IMG/VR virus record: IMGVR_UViG_3300012953_000016
Span: 59,516-123,515 of that record
Source of the DNA: a virus
Length of the DNA stretch: 64,000 bases
Direction: 5' to 3' (one strand)
Shown here: positions 19,827 to 29,900 of the stretch, in pieces
Position numbering within the stretch: position 1 is the stretch's first letter
Layout: the number at the start of each line of letters is the position of its first letter
Made by a program: the position numbers and the translations under genes
Notes under the pieces: model-generated
What the model saw: the letters and a program-made list of their open reading frames with translations, nothing else
Told to the model about the DNA's origin: nothing
Databases searched by the model: none

Positions 19827-20951
19827 CTATAGAACGGTATATCTAACTTTTATACGAGCAGAATAAACGGTAACAGTTATTTCTTCGTTTACGCCTCCAG
19901 CACCATCGGTATCAATACCTGTCATTTCACATAACAACCTAATTAATATTGCTGGATCACCAGAAGAGGGATAAGGAGATAGCCCTGCGTCAAAAGATAG
20001 CCCTGCATGTGTCTCTTCAATTACAGTTGTTGTTGCTGTGGTTGGTGCACCTGGAGGTTCGCTTGCCGAAAAATCAGTCCACGTTGTCCCATCTAAATAC
20101 TGCAACTTAAATGTATATTCCCATGAATCTGATGCATCATCGGAATCGACGCTAATCTCTGCTACTAAGTCCCATGTTGTTGTGGATGTTGTAGAAGCTA
20201 TATTATAATCATTCCATGGTTCCCATAGAGTACGCGCGAATTCGAGTGCATATGGACCGGGTGAAGATCCTATAGCAATCGTCTCAGTTACCTTAGATGA
20301 AAGTAAAGAAGTACTGAAAGAAAATGTATCTAGCGGCTGGAACCCTACACCTGAAGATCCTGTGGCACCGGCCGGTGGGGTTGGTATACCAAAATCAAAC
20401 TGGGCTGCTGAGACTGTTCCTACATTTGTTACCGTAGGAGTAGATCCTTCTGGCAACATTGTCACGCTGCCAGCAGACAATGTTGCTGATGGCGTGTTTA
20501 TTATCGATGTTTCACCGTCTGCAAATCCCAAAGTTACTGTACCGTCTCCGTTGTCAGTAATACTGGTTATCCCTGATCCTTGTGCACCTGTTAATCCTAT
20601 AGGTCCTTGATCACCAGCCGGTCCAGTTGGGCCAGTTGCGCCTGTTGGGCCGCGGGTAGCTGATGATGTAGAAGAGAATGAAGCTATTTTCTTTATATCA
20701 TCCTTAATTGAATCTAGATCTACCGAAACTGTTATTTGTCCCGGGCCTGGGTAACCGACATTTGAGCCTGACTGAATTAGTGTACCATATCCGGCAACGA
20801 TGTAGGGCTTCCCTTCATTCGTTCTTAAGATACTGCCCCTTATTTCTCCGCCATTTTTACCAGAAGATTGAGTTACGATAATATTCCCACTCGAATCTTT
20901 TTTAACTGTGAAGAGTGACTTGTCTTGATCTCTTTTTGTAATTATCGGCAT
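19827..20951 (-). CDS. Collagen-like (Gly-X-Y) fibre/whisker protein
   Basis: GPTGATGPTGPAGDQGPIGLTGAQG repeat, plus the LSAGSVTMLPEGSTPTVTNVGT..FDFGIP motif typical of phage collagen-like fibres. Confidence 0.7.
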   Translation of the reverse strand: MPIITKRDQDKSLFTVKKDSSGNIIVTQSSGKNGGEIRGSILRTNEGKPYIVAGYGTLIQSGSNVGYPGPGQITVSVDLDSIKDDIKKIASFSSTSSATRGPTGATGPTGPAGDQGPIGLTGAQGSGITSITDNGDGTVTLGFADGETSIINTPSATLSAGSVTMLPEGSTPTVTNVGTVSAAQFDFGIPTPPAGATGSSGVGFQPLDTFSFSTSLLSSKVTETIAIGSSPGPYALEFARTLWEPWNDYNIASTTSTTTWDLVAEISVDSDDASDSWEYTFKLQYLDGTTWTDFSASEPPGAPTTATTTVIEETHAGLSFDAGLSPYPSSGDPAILIRLLCEMTGIDTDGAGGVNEEITVTVYSARIKVRYTVL

Positions 20952-20952
20952 C

Positions 20953-23900
20953 TTAACCCTTAATAGTTGTGAACACTGTATTTAGTTCATCTTCATTTAT
21001 AGGGTATTCTCTATTCCTTGGCCTACCGTCATCAAAGTAAGGAAGCGAAGAAGTACAAAATCTACTTAAATTCTGAGACCATGTTTTTTCTGGTGTTGTT
21101 AACACACCATCCTCTGAAACGAATCGGCACCTTACCGGGGCTGACGTTACTAGACTTCTTCCGGCCCATGGGCCTCTGGAAAACTTTCTATAAAATCTAG
21201 AATCTTTTCTTTGCTCTAGAAGATCCCTAAATTGACCGTATGAGTTATGGCTATAAACTGCATTTGTGTTTTCTGGTAATGCAGATCTTAATCCATACTT
21301 CCAGCCTCTAATCTTTGGTATCGCGCTAGGCCAATCATACCCATCTGAATATATTGTCACAATCTCGATGCTAGGGTTCTTTTGCCAGTTGTCTCCTGTT
21401 CCAAAATAAAATTTAAGGAAGTTCTCGCTAGTTTTAGCTGATATGTCATACCGGCTACCTATAGGTTGAGGAGAACCATCCCCAATTACTGTCAGCACAG
21501 GATATGAACTCCCTGTACTTAGTAGCGCACCATTTTCATCAACCGCTTCAAGCGTTGGATCATTTATTATGCTAGGCATATTAGAACCGGTTATTATGAT
21601 TGAGCTAAACCCAGTTTGCTCAGTCGTCGTCTCAACAAACTCGCCGGTTTCATCATCCCACTCCGTAACATTCCATGATGTATTATCCTTGTTTGTTCTA
21701 CCACGCTTGAGTGAAGAATACTTAGGTTCAAATGGGTATGAGCCCAACCAGTATGCATCGATTGTACTGTTTGTGTTTACATGGTATGGATCCACACCCT
21801 CCTGTATTGGGTCGCCATGCCAGTATTCTTCACCAGCAGGATCCTCAGGCGTCTTTCCGACCGCATAGGATTCAGTGTCTACTGCTTGTGCGGCGAAGGA
21901 AAAGAACCCTATGCCACCAGTCCAGCTCCAACGTATTGTTTGGTTATCATACTCTGCACCGGACTCATCAGTTAGATAAAACCCCGTTGTAGTTGGCAGC
22001 CCCATGATTGTAGAGTCTGCATCTTTTGTACTTCCATCCTGCGTATTTAAGACGGTAAAATAATCATCTCCATCATTATAGAATAACTCGAACTTATCGC
22101 TGTGTGATCCGCTGAGTGCTAGCATTGTTTCTCTAGCAATCGTCGACGCAGGAGCACCGGGAGGAACAGTATCAATAGTTACTAGTATTCCTGATGTCGT
22201 TGGTGGGGCGGGGGCCTGCCCGTTGTCATCGTCTAATTTATACCATATATTATAAGCGTTGTCTTTTGCATCATGAATTTGCATAAAACAACCATCGAGG
22301 GTATAGTCAGAGATTCTCTCAAACCCATCCTTTTCTTCTATAACAGGTAATTGCCGGCGGAATTGGTCGGGATTATTAGGCCTGAGATTCTGAATATACT
22401 CGCTTACGCCCGTTACTGATGATGATAATCCTATGTCGCCAGCTATAGCGCCTATATCATATCCATCACCCTCTGAGCTAGTGTCAACGGTAGTCGTTGC
22501 TAGTGTGCCAGCATCCGGAGTGCCCGAATCCGTGAAGGTTATTCTATCATTACTTATCTCTTGTACCATGCCCCAATTGTTATATGCTAATGGACCTTCT
22601 TCTCTAAGATCAGGTGCTAAATATTTACATGAAACAATTGCAGCGCTGTTTGTGCTAATATATCGATAATAATTTCTATACAGGGTTGATGAATCAATTT
22701 CGGGAGAATGATAATGTATACCTGGTATACCACCACCTTCAGTAGAATTACTAGTACCAGAAGGATCAGCTGCAGTCAGGCCACCTGAGATTGTTCGTAC
22801 ATATATGCTATATGTTGAATATCCTACCTTATACTCGGCATCTTCAAACGCATACACCCCAGGAGATGACTCAACCTCGAGTACTTCAAACATCGAGCTA
22901 GAATTAATTGCTGCACCCACGCGGTTTGCTAGCGCGTCTGCCGGCATGTACATATCGCCTGAAGGGTGTAAATCATCTTCATTTAATTTTATAGCATTTA
23001 AGTCAGAGGCACTACTGGAGCTCCAGCCGGTGATGTCGTCATTGTATTGTTTTTGAATTAGATCAAGAGAATCGTTAGCTGAGCCACCGGTACCATCTAG
23101 ATCTACGTTATATTCTGATAATAGTGATGAAGGTATGCCGGGACTCCACCCGTTATCGCCTGTGTCCCACCCTTCGAGGCTTACTGTGATCACATTGTTT
23201 GAGGCCTCGGGTGATGCTACATCACCCCAGTCTAAGTGTACTACATGTAGATCACCATTAGCATCATAAATTGAGAAATATGTCTCTCGTAAATGGTTAT
23301 CCTTATCAATCTCAGAAATAGTTTCTTTTGATGTTGTAAACATATAGTTTTGGCCGGCTGCATATGGTTTATATTCATATCTAGTGCCATCAACGGTCTG
23401 TGCTGGATCATAGCTTGAAGTTATATCTGCTAACTGATAAAACCATTTGCCCGGGCTAGTACCATTATTATGTGCTGCGTAAAGAAAGTCAGTCTTGACC
23501 TCGGTGGATATATACCATGGTACGGAGTGCAATTTAGCGTATGCTACTGTCTTATCACCACTAGTATTTGAATCAGGGGCATGTTCATAATATGGCAAGC
23601 TGTAGTTTCCATAAAGATAATCGGCAGTCCATAATCTAGAGAATGTTAGTTTTATAACGCCTTGAGGCAGATCCTCGTACCATCCCTCTTCACGGCACCT
23701 TATTATTGTCTTTTCAGGTACAACAACTTTCATATCACTTGGGCGAGGCTCGCCGAAACATAAAGATCTCTGTTTTGTGCCACCATTAAACCATGGGCTG
23801 CTCCACTCTAAAATACCATTTCCATTAAACCCGTGGTATGCTGCTGGAGATGCGACGACTGTGTCGTAGTACCGCTCGAAGGAATCGATAACTCTAACAC

Positions 23901-26900
23901 CTCTGAGCATTGATCCACGAGATCCTTGTGAGTGCTCTGCTACAGAAGCTATTTTTCTGCGTGCTATATTTGAACCATAATCTACTCGGCGGCGTCCATT
24001 TTCCCTAGTAATAGAAAGTGTTTTTCTCCCATACCTTTCATTAATAGACATTGAGCCAGAAACAACATCATCGGTATATGCACCTGCATTATACCCTATA
24101 TCTTCGAGTTCGAACTTGTCGTGGACAGGTGTCTCAAACTGGAGTGCTTCATGGATTGCATCTGATGTAAGGTTCTGGTTTAGATCGCCTTGTTTCTCTT
24201 TGCCGTCCTGGATGTAGGATCCAAAAAGTGTTATCTTCATCCTCGTCTGCCTAAACCCATGCCATTCATGCCAATCTTCTGCAGGCCACTCTATAGACCC
24301 GGGTGTACCTATCGGGACATCCAGTTTGTTGACACTGTTATCATGTGCGCCTGTATATTTGACTTCGGAGCCATCCCTAGTTGAGTACCTTAGATTTGAA
24401 CCTAAGGTCATATGTGGGCCTGTTCCTTTAGTTGTTGCCCAACGATTATAAAATACCTCCGCAGACTGCCAGCCGAATACTAATTTATCATTCGGCATCA
24501 GGATGTACGGGCTATCTTGATTTTCTAGCTCAAATATATTCAGGTTAGAGTGATCATATCTTTTATGCTCATACCCAAAATCATAATATCTGTCAATTAT
24601 ATCCTTACCTGGGACTGCGTTGAATAATGCACGGGCTGATGCAATATCATTTTCCTGACCTGTTCTTGTTCCGTTATGGGACGTCTTATAGTAAGACATG
24701 TACCCATTGGTACCACCTCTTGTGCCAACAACATATGATAATCCATCATTATGTTTAATCGGTCGTTTTACTGTACCTTCCATAACATATGTACCTGAAA
24801 CGAATAAATTAGTACTTGGTGATCCATCAAAGTCTAAAAACTCGTACCTGGGTGGCGTATATGATGTGCCATCAATTGGCTTTAAGACCTCTGACTTATA
24901 AGTAGCAAAAGTATTTACTTCACGTGACAAACCAGCCTCTAAAACATCATTTATGTCAATAGGCGATTCATTAACAGAACCATGAATCGTCCACTGGCCG
25001 TATGTAACCATGGTTCTTGCAGTATGTTTTCTTGGTACTTCATTACCAGAAGAGTCATAATCAATATTAAACCATTTGTCACCTTCAGATGAACCAAACC
25101 TAGCATTATATAGTTGCCCTATATCACCGTCAGTTAAACGAGAGTTCCACAATGAAACATCTGCCATTTTTCCATCAAACAACTGGCTCGGCCGGCGGTA
25201 CCTAAAGGTCCTGTATGTCCTGGCGCCACGGCGGGTTGTCTTAAATCGGCGGAGCATCCTTGAATCATATTCTTGGCCGATTGAAACTCTGTCCATTTCA
25301 TCAAACTCAAGACTATGTTCGCCATGTAGAGGAGAGTATACACCACCAACAGCGGAAAAATCGATACCAGGGACAGATGATACATCATCCAACTTTTGAA
25401 ACCTCATCCAGTATACTGATGATCCTGAGTTTGTCGCTAAGCCGGTTTGAGCATCAGGGGTTCTCCACCCTGCTCCTCTCCATGGAGCCCAAATCCTAGA
25501 ATCATATCCTGCTGCAGTAGCAGCTACACCCGGGCCTCCGGAGGCTGCATCACTGTCAAAGGCATATCTCCATATATCATTTTGGGATCCTGGCAATGCG
25601 TGATATGTTGCGAGGTGGCAACTCATCTTTTGGCCGTTGACATATATATTCCACACAGACCCATGGGCTGGATCTATATGGTGTGTAAACCCAACATGAT
25701 GCCATTGATTATCATTAATCTCTGTAGAACCATTGTCACGTACGGTATCAGTTATAACCTTATACCATCCCCTAGTTGTTACATCATCAGCATCGATTGA
25801 GATTCCAGGAAGTGTACCAGGCGAAGCTGATGCACTAGTACGACATTTAAGTTTTAGCTCAGAAGTTGTGATTGTGTCATTTGCATCTGCCTGGACGTGG
25901 AGCTGTAACCTATACCCATCCGGCGTCACTCCTTTCATGCGAGCCTTGTCGGCTGTATCGATCATAAAGATTAACCGGTTATTTCCCAATTTTGTATTAA
26001 TAGAGAAAATAACAGGATCATTAGACTCTATATCACCATCAACCTTTACCCATGTAAAAAATGAAAAGTCAGGATATGTAGAGTGATTTGCATTATGCCA
26101 AGATTCTATATCGGAAGGTACTGTCGGCCAGTACTCATTCGCACGTGGGAGTCTAGCATAAAATCTACTAGCACCAAAGTTCATACCATATCGATACTTA
26201 TCAGGTGTTCTAGAGATTGTTTTATCATACTCCCATGGGCCATCGTCACACCACTCTGCACTACCTTGGATATATGCCGGTGCATTAACAGGGCCGGTTA
26301 CCAACAGATTATTAAAATTGTTAGGATCAACTAAGTAGCGAGCAAGCAATTTACTTGATAGTTCATAATTCCCCTTGCTGTCTCTTATCTCAAAATCCTT
26401 CTCTAAAGGACAGTCAAAGAAATAAGGATTGTTACCATTAAGGGACACATCAACATTCTTACCGGCCTTGTATACACCACTATCCATGTGGTATATTGCC
26501 TTGGCATCAATACCATCTAGTGCTGTGGACCAGACTGCAAAATCAGAAAAGCTACCAGTGTAGAGATTATCGTATGATAATTCGCCGAGATCGACGTCAT
26601 TGTCGTCATCCGCATCCTCCCAATCAACATCAGCTCCTAAAATAACGTAATCTGAGGATTCAAAATACCATGGGTAGGCAGGATTATATCCTATTGCAGA
26701 CATTAGTTCTTCAGGCGTTAATGTAACACTTACCCCACCTATGACCTTTGACTCAAGGCCGACAAATGAGTATTGTAATGAAGCAGCTCGGGCCTGCCTG
26801 CTTGTCCAGGTATGTCCTGCGCCAGTACATGTTGCACTGTCATTTTCATGCGCAGGGTCACTAGCAGAACATGTTCCGTTAATTGTATCCCAATCAAATG

Positions 26901-29900
26901 ACTCAGTCGCTGTATTCCATTTCCCATAATACGATTCATTTAAGGAGAGTGAACTAATACCGGCCTGCAATATATCCTCTACAGATATATTTGCTTCACC
27001 GATTGTTACAGCTTCAGCGGCCTCGGTCGAGTCGCCCTTACGCCAAAGTAATTCACCATCATCATTTGTAAGCTGAGGTAAATTATATTCTCCTATAAAC
27101 TCACCATCAAGCCACAACTTAAATGATTGAGTCTCGCTTGAAAATGAAAAGACAGTGTGATGCCACAGACCGTCTGTTACTGCATCAGCACTTTTTGCTC
27201 TTGTGTAAACTCTCCCAAGACCATTATCAACTAGGAACCTTAATGTGCCGTCCTTATATATTGACAACCATATTTTATTGGGTGCGCCTTTGTTAGAAGC
27301 GATTGTTAACAAGTTTGAATATTTTGCACCCGGATTTGTCGTCTTAAACCACAGGCTCTTAGAAAAACTTGAAAATGAACCAGCAGACATATCAGTTATC
27401 ATCCATGCATCTGGCCAACCTGAGGTGCCTGGTTGTACCCAACGGACAAACCATGGGGTGTTCCCACTTGAGTCAGCATTAAAATTATATGTGCTTGGAT
27501 CTATAGTTGATGCATGATCTTGCCATATACCTTGCATTGAATAATCCGGATCATGCTCAATTATATTAACCCAGTCATCCGGATCTACGTATTCTGGTGA
27601 TGAGATTGAATAACCATACTCATCGACAGCTGAGGCAACCTGAAATATTAATCCTTCATGGGCATATGTGTTGTTGTTATAGCTTTTGCCTTCCATACCA
27701 ACATCAGGGGGCTCGTTAAGATTGACGTATTGATTTGCTACTGCCTGAATCAGCTTGTACCGCACAGTCGTGACACCATACAATTTATCGCCAAAATAAA
27801 CCCTAACATTCTTTGTTATATCTTCAGACTGCCATGTCCCCGGTGCTGTCGGATCATTTGCAAAAGCAAAACCATAACCCCACGTTCCTGGCTGGTTATT
27901 GCTTGTAAAAGTCTCTAACTGTACAGGTGTACCGTCTGTGGGCCCAGAGTCTGAGTTCCAAAACCAGTCGCTTCCCGTTCCAGATGCATCTTGTGCTATA
28001 GTACTGGGTATACTTTCAAATGGATCTTTTCCTGCTAAGTCTCCAAGGCTGGAAAACATGTATGTCGTCGACTGCGACATTTTTGCTGATTTTGTATAAT
28101 CACCATGAGGAGATGCTACTGGGAACGTATCCCATACAGTCGGTGCACCGGGAGGGAATTCCCATGGAGAATCTTCTGCTAACTCAATGCTTGACGCATT
28201 AATTATCTTTAACTCTGCTAGGTCGTCGGTATCACCATACCCAGAAGATGAGGCGTCATCGACCCCATCCATATTAAGATCTGCTTTTACGCATGAATTG
28301 AACCAGTAATTGCCGGTGCCATCGGTCTCTTTGGTATCAAACCTAAACCATGCAGTTAATGCGGATGATTCATCATAATCATAGCTCGATCCATCCCACA
28401 TATACATGTTTTTTGACGGAACACTAGAGTTTTGTACAACATTCCTATCATATCTAGGTGGATACCACCTGCGGGAAGGTTCTGAGTTTGAGTTATACTC
28501 ATAGTTCCCTATCCAGTCACGTTGATTTAATATAAAGAAACTATTGATGGCTGCTTTATTATTAAATTTCTCATCTTCATTGTACCGTCTAATCTTTCCG
28601 TCTGGGCCGACATCAAACATTATCGATCGACCTGAGTAGTCTGAGCCTTCGGACCAGTCGGCTTCAAATTCCAGCACAAACTTCTCTAATATAAAAGGTT
28701 TATCGATATAATTCGACATGTCTAACAATTGGCCTGGTGAGGCGTGAAACTTCGGGTGCATTGGAAAACCAAAATTACTAATTGGTAATGCTGCAGTCAT
28801 AGAAGCAGATTGTATTATCTCTGTGCCCCTTGAAAAGCCTATGCATGCATTTTCGAAATATGTTTGCTGGAACTCAGCGTCTTTAAGTGTACCCCATGAA
28901 CCTGCAAGGCCTGCATCGTATAATGAGTTTTCATTTACAAATTTGTCCCACTGATCCTTGGTTACATAGCCAGCAGCTAATGCCTGATCCCATGAAAGTG
29001 GTTGCCTTAATTCTTTTATGTGTCGGCCTGGGCCTATCTTTTCCCACTCTTTTGTCTCAAAGTTATAATAGACCATGGAATTATATTTTTGAGAGCCATA
29101 AGGTACCCCTTCATTCGTTGCATCGTAACCGAAGCTAGTGGGAGTGTCGGTTGGCAGCTCAATCGTGAATTGCATTTTACTACGGAGGGGGGAAGAAAAA
29201 CCTTCAAATACATCAGGCGAAATTCCTTGTTCAAAAAACTCATTATCAATGTCTATATCAATTTGATCATCAATAAATGGGCCTTTCTTAAATACCGTTT
29301 GATCCTCTGTAAATCTTAAACCGGCGTCAGCAATTCCCTTCCTTGTTGCACCAATAGTTACTAGTCCTGATTCTATTAACGTTCTTTCATAGTCATCAGA
29401 ATATACATTTGGTGTCATGACATTCGAGTTTAGCCATGGAGATTCAATATATGCAGGGAATACAAAGTTATGCTCGCTGTATTCTCTCCATGTTTGCTCA
29501 TTCCATTCCGGGAGCGTACCGACTATTGGCAACCACCCAGTTCCCGGGTCTGCCATAAACTCGTCTTCCGTACGCCAACCCAATGATATATCAAATCTTT
29601 TTACCTCTGAGGTTGATTCATCAAACCAATATTCTCCATCATTGTATGTTGAACCATTTGTAGGGTCAGGTATACCATCATTATCATAATCTGGTAAGTA
29701 GTTCTCAGGATCCCAACCTGCAAGAAATGATGTAGTTATCTCATTAGAAGAGTTTCTATATAGTTTATTGTTGTTAATGTCTAGAGACAAATTTATGTCT
29801 GTCGTGGCAATAACGTTGTACCCGTCAGAAGAAAAATCATCATCCGGCCGGTTTGCCCAAAAAATGACATTCTCTACCGACTTTTGTGAACGAGCAGGAA

